A stretch of DNA of 63,698 nt, the filler included, from Chiloscyllium plagiosum (taxonomy: Eukaryota), in assembly GCF_004010195.1 (NCBI RefSeq). It is 4 parts of one record of this genome, joined end to end, with 100 filler letters (N's around TTAATTAATTAA, not from the genome) between each part and the next. Parts side by side here need not be neighbours in the genome. Positions count along the whole stretch, not along the records: positions 1 to 27,258 come from NC_057715.1; 3 more parts are not named here. The stretch is one strand, 5' to 3'. Shown here one piece after another: positions 1-11,110 of this stretch (its first letter is position 1; each line of letters begins with the position of its first letter). A model generated the notes under the pieces. It was not told where the DNA came from and did not search any database. It saw only the letters and a program-made list of their open reading frames with translations. Position numbers and translations under genes: made by a program.

Positions 1-296
1 GAGCAGGATCTGACTGCATTTCCTGCAGATGAAGTCGGCAGGAGTATCGGTGGTCACCCCTACCTCAGGGCCTGGGGTCTAGAACACACCCACTCAAATA
101 TCAATCACTTACCTTCCCGACCAGCTCTGCGCTCCAACCTCACTTCCGCCCAGCTCGCGCCGCTCTCTGCTGTGAAAAGACCGTTGGCGTCGAGGTAAGT
201 TCTTTATATATCAATCACTTACCTTCCCGACCAGCTCTGCGCTCCAACCTCACTTCCGTCCAGCTCGCGCCGTTCTCTGCTGTGAAAAGACCCGTT
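1..296 (-). mobile_element. CR1 LINE 5' end: two ~88-bp CpG-rich 5'UTR monomers (period 110) plus an ORF1 zinc-finger fragment
   Basis: Near-identical units at 98-185 and 208-296. The minus strand of 1-66 translates EVGVTTDTPADFICRKCSQILL, resembling the CR1 ORF1 N-terminal CxxC region. Confidence 0.65.
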
Positions 297-329
297 TTAA
301 TTTGTCCCGTCAATTTATATTCTTGTTTG

Positions 330-1200
330 CCAGACTCTTTGCATTAAAATAAATGCCATCTAACCTTGCCAAACTCCCTTGTATCTTAATTGGCCAATAA
401 TTTTGATAACTTCTTGACTCCCTTTATGTCTCTTCTAATCCTGGCTGTTCATCTCGCCCTGCTGAACCGCTTTCTGGATCCCACACCCCTACCAAGTTAG
501 TTTAAACCCTCCCCAACAACACTAGCTAACCTCTCTGCAAAGAACAGATGCAGTCCGTCTGCCCTGTACAGGTCTCACCACACCCAAAAATGGCCCAATG
601 TCCTAGAAACTTTCCGCCCCTCCCCACCTCCCCCCAGCAGCATCTCCCCAGCCACACGTTTATGTGGACTAGCCTCCTATTTCTAAAATCACCGGCATAT
701 CAGCAGGAATAATCCAGACCTTCTGGATCCTGTTTTCTAAATCAACTTTCTAGTTCCCTAAATTCTGCTTGCAGGACCTTATCCCTTTTTCTGCCCTATG
801 TTACCAGTACGGAATGGACTATGATTTCTGTCTGTTTGTGTTTCAAAATGCCCTGCAGCCATTCAGTGCCATTCTTGACCCTGGCACCAGGGAGGCAACA
901 TGCCATCCCCATAACACTGTAAGGAGGTATTGTGAGTCTCTTCCTGAGGCTACAGAAATGTCTATCTGTTGCCCTTACAATTGAATTGCCTACCAATATA
1001 GCACAGACATTCCTTCCATCTGGGGCAGCAGACTCACCCATGGTGCCATGAAGTTGGCTCCCACTGCTTTCCCTTGCACAGTCATCTCCCCCACCAGTAT
1101 CCACATTGGTACATCTGGTAGAAAGGGATGGCCACAGGAGACCCCTGCACTACCTGCCTTCCTGTACTCTGCTTAGTGGTCACCAATGCCCTTTCTGCTA
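330..1200 (-). mobile_element. Degenerate CR1 ORF1 (SGNH esterase-like domain) fragment
   Basis: ORF 796-1104 contains ILVGNSIVRATDRHFC and CCLPGARV, matching the GDSIVRGTDRRFC/CCLPGARV motifs of CR1 ORF1 esterase. Confidence 0.8.
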
Positions 1201-1719
1201 GTTCCGTTTTGACCTATAGTTAGGATCCAGCATGCATTACCTGTGAGAGTGGTGAAAACGTGTCCAGCCATTGCGTTCAAGAGGAATTGGATTATAATGT
1301 GAAAAGGATAAAAGTGCGGGGCCATGAGAATAGGTGGTGGAGGTATATCACAAGGTGAATTCCTCCTTTAGAGAGCCTATACTGAAGGGCCAAAGAGCCT
1401 CCTTCTGCACTATAACCATTCTATGATCCTATGAACTATCCTCAATTACAAATAGTTCAAATTCAAAGCAAGTAATTAAGTGTGTTCAAATTTATATAAA
1501 AAGTATTCCAAAGTTAGGGCACCACACAATCTGGAAGGTTGAAGTCTGTAACCAGTGGTGGCAGATACTTATAGCGGCTTACTAATAGTAATGTTTATAG
1601 AATGTCTCGTCTATACATTTTAATTAGAGTGTCACATTGTCTTATGTGCTTCAAAACAATATGTGTTCCATTTTAAAGGCTGGTGCAGAGAGAGCATCAT
1701 ATTGCTCAATATAAGGGTA

Positions 1720-2050
1720 GGTGCTGGTGTTGTGGTAATGTCACTGGCCTGGCAATTCAGAACCTTATGCTAGTGTTCTGGGGGGATGTGAATTTGAATT
1801 CCAGTCTGCCAATGGTAAACTTTTAAATTAAATAAAAACCCAGTATAATGACAACTGTGTAAACCATTGCCAATTGTCAATCAAAACAAAATCTGCTTCA
1901 CTAACGTCTTTTAAGGTGGAAAGTTTGCCCAGTCTGGCCTACATGTGACTCCAGAACCACAGCAGTGTGGTTGTCTCAAAACTGCCCTCTGAGCAAGTAG
2001 GAATGGGCAATAAATGTTGGCCTGGCCAGCGACGCCCCGAAAATGAAGGA
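1720..2050 (+). mobile_element. Old tRNA-head SINE family; further copies at ~25870-26100(-), 37830-38150(-), 50030-50395(-), 51750-52110(-), 57945-58265(+)
   Basis: Copies share GGTTCACTAATGTCCTT, GTCTGGCCTACATGTGACTCCAGA and GGGCAATAAATGCTGGCCT blocks in degenerate form. Confidence 0.7.
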
Positions 2051-3544
2051 AAAGAATTGTCAAATTGAACATGTTGTTACTGGTATTGGAATAAAGGAAG
2101 TTTTGTTTTAAACTGGCTTGATTGATGTGCTGAAAGAGTTAGCCATTAATTTTCTCCAACGTGTCAGTGAAAACCTATTTTTGACTTCGTATTGACTGTA
2201 ATTTTCTCTTTCCAGAACTGTGTCTAGAACACATCTTGATGGTGTCACAGGAATGTCTGCCTTTTTATCCTTCTCCATTGACTCTTTCAAGCTAAAGATA
2301 CATTCTGCTGAGGCCTGAAATTTCAGGATTATATGGTTTTCTCAGCCAGTGGCAAACTGTGGGCTACATCAATTGGTCTGAATTTGTCGCAGACAGGAAC
2401 CACATCCCAGTGAATATGTGCTTCATTTTAAGCAGCAGTCTATTTCTACCAGTGGTGATTTACTATTTGCTTTTTTTTGTATGAAACATTTGGCACGTTG
2501 TTCAAAGGTCTTGGGAGGAATGTTTATGAATGCAGTGGTGGTGATGAAGAACTCTGTCAAAACGTCATTGTGCTCAAACTGCTAAAGGATTTCTGAAGAT
2601 AAATGACAAGGAAATCCATGGTTCACACAGCAACCAGTGTGTTAAAGCTCTCACTGTGGTTGGCTCTTACATGTGACAGTGAAGTGTTAACAAGTGTGGC
2701 CACAGACACTGCCTGGCGAGGATTGTGGGAAGTGGTGTTCCACAAAAATGATATTGATTTATTAGATATCTAACTATAAATCTTTGTTATTAAAGCTTTA
2801 GAAAAAAGTTGTACACTTTAATGTTTTGTTTAGAAAGTTGCCACTATACATTGCAGATAATGAATTTTTGTTAAGTATAAATAATTATAAATGAAGACGG
2901 TAGCCATTTATATTGTGTTCCACCTCTGCCATTGTACTACCATAGTGCATCAATGAAAAAAAACCTGTCACTGTGAATGATGTGTTTATCGTTCTCCTTG
3001 CTAAGGGAAGCTAGATTGGCCGAGCTGATTGTGCACTAAATATTGGAACAATGTGGAGGTGGAATTGAATGACTTTAGTTTATACATGTTAGTGCATGCC
3101 ATGAGTGGCCAGACAATAAGTTTGTTCATCATACAATATTCCATTTCCCTTCAAAAGACTGGATTACTCAGTTGAATCACATCATTCAAACACTTATGGC
3201 TTTTTTTTATTAATATTAAATGTTGAACTTTGGTGCTTATACAATTTATTTTAAAAAGGATGGCCAACTGTGCATCGGAGTAGATTTCAAGACTTCTTTA
3301 GCTAATGGCTACAAACTCAATAAAGTACAGGAAAATGCATCCTACCTTTCTGTCTCTCTAGTGCATCTTTTAAATAACAGTATTGCCTAAATGATGGGTT
3401 TATACTGCATTGTTATCTGAGCTTAAGCAGCTAGGGATTTATACTTATTCCAAATGATCACTCATTGTCCTGCACATTGGAACACTGTAATAACAAAATG
3501 CCAATCCAGTATCTGGAAAATAGTTGTTTATGAGTACTGAACTT

Positions 3545-4050
3545 GAGCAATGCAGAAAGAATACACATTTTGTCAAAACGTTTCTGCAGTTGGACAACAT
3601 ATGCTAAATAATCACAATTGTGCTCAGAATTTAAAATTGCCAGGCAGATTTACAATGTGGTTTGCTTGCACGTACAGGAAGCTGCAAATGTTAATACATA
3701 GGACCCTTTTCTCTGCAGATAGACAAAATGTGCATATATACTGTATCTGTTTCAACTCAGCAATATAGGTGGCATCCATTCTCTGGTTCATTCTTCAGGA
3801 CAAAGCCTTGACTAATTAGAATCAACATGCCTGGCTTCGACTGAACAAAACTTGGCAATTATTTGGCAGTCATCATCTAACTGGTGCATTCTCCATGACA
3901 ACACTTCCACCAATCTGAGTCCACTTTTTAATTAATCGACATGGTCTGTCCATACATGATAAAAATGCTGTTGCCCTTAACATTTATATTCTTTCGAATT
4001 GTCTTGATGAGTGCAAGACAAAAAGCTTTGACAAAAAATGTCTTCTTTCA
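3545..4050 (+). mobile_element. Old Penelope-like fragment (GIY-YIG C-terminus plus tail with decayed hammerhead-like motif)
   Basis: SAVGQHMLNNHNCA peptide. Tail TGTCTTGATGAGTGCAAGACAAAAAGCTTTGACA at ~4000-4033 resembles a decayed CUGAUGA..GAAA core. Confidence 0.45.
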
Positions 4051-4184
4051 GTAAGTATCTGGAAAATGTGGGCTTAAGTAAGTGGAGCACACATGGACCT
4101 TATAATACAATCAGGTCTTTTTGTCATGCAACCTGAAAATTAAAATTACATTAGGAAAAATATTGAAGAATGTTTAAAAATAAG

Positions 4185-4600
4185 CATTTTCATATCACTT
4201 TTCACAGTGTCAGGAGATCCCAGAATGTGACATAACTGATGAATATTTTGACACCGGTCACTAATAAATATACAAATGCAGCAGAAAGTCTGCTGCAAAC
4301 TTCACAAACGTGAAGGAGTTAAATAATCGGTTCTATCCCTTTAAACAGAGGTATAAATAGTAGTTTGGAGAATTCTCATGGTCTTCTGCCATCATATCTT
4401 TTAGATCACAGTAAGAAGGAGATGGAACATTGAGTTTAGCACTACATCTAAGACAGGACTTCAAACACTACAGCACTCTTTTGGCACTGCACTGAATAAT
4501 CAGTGCACAATATGTACTGAAGCCCTGGATACAGGTTGAATCACATAACCTTTTGATTCAATGAACTAAGAGAGCTACCACTGAGCAAAAAGCCGACACT
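4185..4600 (-). mobile_element. SacSINE1-like DeuSINE, degenerate; other copies at 41145-41545(+) and 42748-43140(+), fragments at 11085-11240(-), 11750-11860(+), 49615-49720(+)
   Basis: tRNA-like head GCTCAGTGGTAGC, then AATCTAGGCTGA..CCAGTGCAGTACT and AAAGATCC blocks, best preserved at 41145-41545. Confidence 0.6.
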
Positions 4601-5339
4601 TAATAAGAAAAAGGAACAACAAGATATTTGCCCCCTCAAGTTTGCCCGGCCAATCTATATGTTCATGGCTGATCTACTCCGGGTCTCAGCTCCTCTTGTG
4701 TGCCAGCTCCTTAAAGCACTCAACTGCCTGATTTTTTTTTTAAAAGTCTATTAACCTCCAGTTTAAAAAAGTTCAGTGATCTAGCCTCCACATCATCAAT
4801 ACTGGTGGAAATGTACCGATTATTGAATAATCAGTCGCTTTTGAATTCTACGTAATTTATTATTTGGAATTAATTATTACAAGTCTTTTGCTTCCTTTGA
4901 GCATTGTTGCACTTCTATCAGATATGCCCATATCTAACAAACACAAGACTCGTTTTACCAAATTTTAATGAAAATTTATATTTAATTTGTGAGAGTGCGG
5001 ACAGAACCTGTCAAATATTATGACATATTTACAGTTTGTGCTTAGTTCTTTCACTCCTGGCATGGAATATAGAAATAATTTGCAGTTCCTCAGTGTGATC
5101 TTGTTAAGGTACATTCTATCATCCCCCTTTTCAAAAAAGCCATGGTCCTACTACTTTTGTGGTGCAGAGTGGAAAAGTCAGCCTGGATTTTCTCTGCACC
5201 AATCCCAAACTGGAACGTGTGTGTAAGTGAATGTCAAAAGCAGAAATGACTTCTATGTTTACAGTGTACAGGCTGTAGTCACCAATTGTCCAGGATTAAT
5301 CATGTTAAACGGCCAAGTGATACAAGATTTTTTCTCACA

Positions 5340-6090
5340 CTGCTCTTACTTATTTTATGTACCACTTTTAATACTATGCCCTCTCATTTACGAGCAGCAA
5401 CAGATTCTCCCTGCCCATGCTCGTAATTTTGAAAATTCTATCAAATTTCCTCTCAGCTTTCTCTCAAAGGGGAACAGACCCAATTTCTTCAATGTATCCT
5501 CACAACTGAAGTTTCTCATTCCTGGAACCATTCTTGGAAATTGCTTCTGCATTTTTTTCAGTGCATTCACATCATTCCTATAATGTGGCGCCTACAATTA
5601 TACGCAAAACTCCAGCTGAGGTCTAACAAATGTCTTGTACAAATTCAACATCTTTCCTTGCTCTTATTACAGCACTGGCTCCTGTTAATGAAACCAAGAA
5701 CTCTCCACCTGGTCTGTGCATAAATACAGTCAAGAGTGTGGTGCTGGAAAAGCACAGCATTTCAGGCAGCATCCGAGGAGCAGGAGAATCACCTGACTCT
5801 CCTCCTCAGATGCTGCCTGACCCGCTGTGCTTTTCCAGCACCACATTCTTGACTCTAATCTCCAGCATCTGCAGCCCTCACTTTCACCTAGTTGTGCATA
5901 AATACATCCAGGTCCCTCTGCTCCTGCACCCTCTTTAGAATTGTCGCCCTTATATATTGCCTTCCAACATTCTTCCAACTAAAGTCCATCACCTCACACT
6001 TCTATGCACTGTACCGTATATGCCACCTAACCACCCACTCCACCAATTTACCAAAGTCCTTTTGGAGTTCCACTCTGTCCTCACACTTTA
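5340..6090 (-). mobile_element. CR1 ORF2 3' fragment interrupted by a hairpin PLE insertion
   Basis: MQKQFPRMVPGMRNFSCEDTLKKLGLFPFERKLRGNLIE resembles the CR1 ORF2 C-terminus (QRRFTRMLPG..RLGLFSLE.RRLRGDLIE). Confidence 0.75.
5729..5892. mobile_element. Hairpin (inverted) Penelope-tail insertion with 14-bp TSD
   Basis: Arms TCAAGAGTGTGGTGCTGGAAAAGCACAGC and GCTGTGCTTTTCCAGCACCACATTCTTGA are inverted. TGTGCATAAATACA occurs at both 5715-5728 and 5893-5906. Confidence 0.85.
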
Positions 6091-7007
6091 CAGTTAGCTA
6101 CTTTGGGGAAGGAGGATAAAGAAAACCTATTTTGAAAAACATCTGCAGAATTGTTGCAGTAACTGAATGTTCCCAGCTGCTGGATACAGCCTGCAACCCT
6201 GCAGATTTTGCAAATATGTACACACTGCTTCTTCAAAGCTTTCCTTCAGATAATTATTGGCAAAAGATCAGTGAACTTTTTTTTTTCTTCGTCTGCCGGG
6301 AAATGTGTCAGCGTAAGGGAAATGTTCATCTCTTCTGAATCACATGTTGCCAGTATAACTGAGGGGGTTGGTGAGGAGTATGCATCATCAGGCATTTCTA
6401 AAGGTTATGAAGTTAAAACAACAGAATTAACTGCAAAGTACAAAATGACTTGTACCAATATATATAGCTGTCAAATTAATGAAGGAAGACCGCAAGGTAA
6501 CAACCTACTGTCCTGTGAGATCCAGCATTTAAAAAAATAATTAGCATCAACAATTATTTTCTATTCCCCCATTCAATGCTCACGAATGATTAGCTTGTAT
6601 TTTAGAGATTAAATCAGCAAATTAGAGCAAATAAAATTCTTCTTAACTGCCTCACTACAAACACATGTTTAAGTGGATTGCATGTCCATTTTTCATGGAC
6701 TAATTTCAGAGTTGAAGGCAGTCCTTGGGTAGTGAATGGATTTCACTCTGGAGTCCATTCAAAAGTTGATTTTTATGCAAGTTGGAACATAATGCAGGGC
6801 AATGGAAAGCAGCCGTTTGTAAGTGCAGGAAATGTTCAGATCCCAGGTTTTTAAAATTACACCCCAGTATGAGATCACATTCGTCATTCGAGCATTTGTA
6901 AGTTAGATGTTCGTAAATTGAAAGCCTCACAGTGCTTTCAATAAATTAGAATATCAGTGGCTTGACGTTGACAACTATCACAAAAAGTATAAAACTGATC
7001 AGTAAAT

Positions 7008-7683
7008 CTGGATGTAGGTTTGCTCACTGAGCTGGAAGGTTCATTTCCAGATGTTTCATCACACTACTAGGTAACATGTTCATTGGGCTGCAGGTGAAGC
7101 ACTGTACATAATTCCTGTTTTCTATTTATATGTTTGAGTTTCTTTGGGTTGGCGCTGTCATTTCCTGTGGTGATGTCATTTCCTTTTCTTTTTCTCAGGG
7201 TGGTGGCTACATTGGACAAACAGGCAGTAAACTAGCCCCCAGGATACATGAACACCAACTAGCCACAAAACGGCATGACCCTCTCTCACTAGTATCCAAA
7301 CATACAGATAAGGAAGGACACCATTTCGAATGGGACAACACATCCATCTTAGGACAAGCCAAACAGAGACACACACGAGAATTCCTAGAAGCATGGCACT
7401 CCAACTGGAACTCTATCAACAAACGCATCCAGTTAGACACCATCTACCACCCCCTGAGAAAACGAACAGGATATGACATCACCACAGGAAATGACAACAC
7501 CAACCCAAAGAAACCCAAACATATACATAGAAAGCAGGAAACATGTACAGTGCTTCGCCTGAGGCCCATTAAAGATGTTACCTAGTAGGGTGACAAAACA
7601 TCTGGAAATGCACCTTCTAGCTCAGCGAGTAAACCTACATCCAGAACCTCAATCTGAGCTACAAATCTTCTCAAAACTCGCTA
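7008..7683 (+). mobile_element. Penelope-like element: GIY-YIG fragment with inverted 3' end
   Basis: YIGQTGSKLAPRIHEH...REFLEAWHS..SINKRIQLDTIYHPL. 7008-7190 is an inverted copy of ~7470-7643. Flanks TGATCAGTAAAT (6996-7007) and TGATCAGTAGAT (7684-7695). Confidence 0.85.
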
Positions 7684-7911
7684 TGATCAGTAGATGTACT
7701 CAGTTTTACATTTTTTTCTGTTATTCACTTCCATCTGTATATTTGATGGTGTGATCAAAAATTAATATTGCCAGACTGGTTTTACAACTCACATCCATAG
7801 AGTAAGTTTGCATATTTTAAAATTTTATTTTAAATACAAAAATACAGTTTTCAGATTTATAATGAATTTTAAGAAGAAAATTCAAACTCAAGAGTATATC
7901 ATGCCTTTTTA

Positions 7912-8230
7912 TCACTGGTTAGCACTGCTGCCTCACAGCACCCGGAACCCGGATGTGATTCCGGTCTCGGGCAACTATCTGTGTGGAGTTTGCACATTCT
8001 CTCTGTGTCTGTGTGGGTTTCCTCTCACAGTCCAAAGATGTGCAGGTTAGTTTGGCCATGCTGAGATTGCCCATAGTGTTCAGGGATGTGTAGACTAGGT
8101 GGATTAAGCCATGGTAAATGCAGGGCTATGGGATATGGTGGGATGGGGCAGGGTCTGGATGGTATGATCTTCAGATGATCAGTGTGGACTTGATGGACTG
8201 AATACCCTCCTTCTGCATGGTAGAGATTCA
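7912..8230 (+). mobile_element. HE1-type SINE (degenerate); 3' fragment also at ~8955-9065
   Basis: TGGTTAGCACTGCTGCCTCACAGC head and TGTGGAGTTTGCACATTCTC core. Confidence 0.8.
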
Positions 8231-9309
8231 TTTAAATGAGAGATAAACAGAAAGTTCTTCTCTCAGAGGATAATCTGTGGAATCAGGACTGCCAAGGCTG
8301 GGTTGTTAAGTATTTTCAAGGCTGAGATAAACATTTTTAATCAGTAAGGGAATCAGAGGTTATGAGGAAAAGTAGGAAAGTAGAGTTGAGGATTATCGGA
8401 TCAGTATCAATCGCATTGACTAGCAGAGCCAAAGTGGGCCAAATGGCCTACCTCTCCTCCTATGACTTGTGGCCTAAGTGGTGAAATGAACAATTGTGCG
8501 CTGCCAGGCCACATCCTTTTCCTGAGCTTCAACATCACAACATTAACTGTTCCTCAATCAGAGCCATACAGGCTTTACAGCAAGATCTTGTTGATTGTTA
8601 TAGAATGTAGAAGGACATTATTTGATTCTGACACTCTGCAACCTCATGTGAGATTGCCTCTACCTATTTAAAGCCTACCAACTATCACCTCAAGCCAAAG
8701 GCTTGAGGTGTATGTGACCACAGCAAAACGTTGTAACTCTCATTTATCAGTACCCTATCAGACTCGGAAGACAATAATGACTTGGTAATGAATTTGTTTT
8801 GTCTGTCTGATTTTGCAAAGATGAACAATTCAGTGGAGATCTATTGGTGCCCACTTGCTCTCTAAGCTGCGTAGACAATATCTGTCTTTGGTTTGGAAAT
8901 AGCTGGGATACTGGTTAGCAATAGGACAATATGCCTCAACAAATCAAAGAGATACTGTTAGGTGCATTAGTCAGAGGGAAATGGGTCTGGTGGGGTTACT
9001 CTTCAGACGATCGGTGCGAACTTGTTGGGCCTGTTTCCACACTGTAGAGAATTTAATCTAATCTAAACCATTGAAAGAGAGAGAGTCAACTGAATATCAT
9101 TTGGAACTTCTAGAATGCTGTTCTGCATACTTTGGAAACCAGCTACACTGCGTTCTCCAGATGACCCCACCCTCAGGCCTATATTTCATCATTCAGTTAC
9201 ACCATATTGAGTTTGCTGATTTGCATACATGAGGGGGGATTTCTACATTACTTGCAGGAAAGTTCCTCTGATTAAAACTTTGTGTGCAAACTTTAAACTG
9301 GCAAAACAT

Positions 9310-11110
9310 ATCATCGCCTCTCTGCATCGGGAGGAAGGACAAACTATGCTACATTGCTTTGCAGATACTCATTCAACCATTCATTGTTAATTCCAGAAAA
9401 AAGGATTTATACCTATACAGCCCCACCTTTCCCCTTCGGTTGATGGCTCTCTCTTCACTGATTCAGCCCAATGCTCTGATATTCTTAACTGTAAACCCTC
9501 CCACCTTCTCAAAATGTAGCTTTAACATTATTTTTGATGAGTACTCATTTCTATGGTTCACTATGTCTCTCCTTATATCTCAGTGAAGCATATAGGAATG
9601 TTTCTGTACATTTAGTAGGGTTGTATAGAGGCAAATTATCTTTGTGCAAAACACTTCTATGAAATAATAGAAAAAACAAAAATTGAAACAGATCTTTATC
9701 TTTAAATATCAGCAAATTATGAAATACTTAATCCTTAATAATCTCAAATCAGATCAGTCAATATCCTATTGAATAGCAGAGCAGGCTAGAGGGGTTGAAG
9801 GCCCTATTCCTGCTCCTTGTCTGTACATTTGGGGGTTTGAATGTACACACATCATTCATATGCTCCATAGTGTGACGAAGGCTTGTGATTTATTATTAAT
9901 ATTATTTTGGAAATTTAGATTCTGAAGTGGAGAAAATATAGATATTTAGCTTCCAGTTTTGCAAAGGTCTGATTTGTTTTATTTTTAAAGGTTCAGAAAT
10001 TCATTTTGAACAGTGAGCTAAAACCAGCATTTCCAAGAAAGGATTTCATTCAAGCTAAATGTCTAGCAAGCCTGACAGGGAATAATCACCAAGGTTTGTG
10101 CTGACTTGAGTTTTATAAACCAGTGATAGTGTGGGGCAGGTTCATTCAAAGAGAAGAGGTGTCATGGGGAGCAATCTCCTAAATCAGTTAGGGCTGAGCT
10201 GGGGGAGAGGTTTCGAATTGCTGAGGAGAACAATGCAGAAGCAGAAGGCTGTTGAGGTACCAGAGAGGAAGACATCCTCCCCGGGATTTGATTACAGCCA
10301 AGCCAGCTGACCAATGAGCATTAGCATGAAGGTAGAGATGTCACTTCACTTAGATTTGAGTGTCTGTCAATGGTTTATTCTAGTAAAAGAGGTGATTCTT
10401 TGTATTGTTTGGTGGAACCGGTATTGGGCTGGGATGGGCAAAATCAAAAATCACACAACACCAGGTTATAGTTCAAAAGATTTATTTGAAACCACAAGCT
10501 TGTTGCGTGATTTTTCACTTTGTATTATATGTAATTAGTTCATTTCACAATAGCTTTTGTGAACTGTAATATGGTTAATGTTTTTGTTTTGTGTAGTAAA
10601 CCTTTATGCTATTTTGTTTAAAGTACATTGATAGCTTCTTTTGGAAATGGTAAATGACTGACATCAATGATTAACAATAAAGAAAAAAATAAAAATTATG
10701 GTTTGTCAAGCTGACTGTCATTCCAGGATCTGACTTTCCCAGCATTACCATTAGCTGGGATCATAACAAGAACATCAGCAAATGTGTTTTGTTAACTGTT
10801 GTCATGTTTGGACTAGTGGGGCTGCAGCGAACATCAAAAACCCACAGTCTATGCTCAGACACCTGTGAACAAAGCTTTAGGATATCTATCAGTACTTATT
10901 ATTCAGTTGTACAATTTCACAGGCAACAATAAATATATTTTATATATTTATTCCAGCTGTGAAGTAGCTGCAGTCTTTTAAACTGACAAAACGTACCATC
11001 TCCTCTCTGTATCGGGAGAAAGTACAAACTATGCTACATAGCTTTGCAGATACTCATTCAACCATTTGTTGTTACTTCTAGAAAAAAGGACTTATATCTA
11101 TACAGCCCCT
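9310..11110 (+). repeat. ~115-bp direct repeat pair (9310-9424 and 10998-11109)
   Basis: Both contain ACAAACTATGCTACAT.GCTTTGCAGATACTCATTCAACCATT and AGAAAAAAGGA.TTATA.CTATACAGCCCC. Confidence 0.85.
9871..10768 (+). mobile_element. Possible solo LTR, containing a small inverted PLE tail at ~10415-10520
   Basis: Starts TGTGACG and ends CATAACA, with an internal TATA-like TTTATAAA. No TSD found. Confidence 0.3.
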
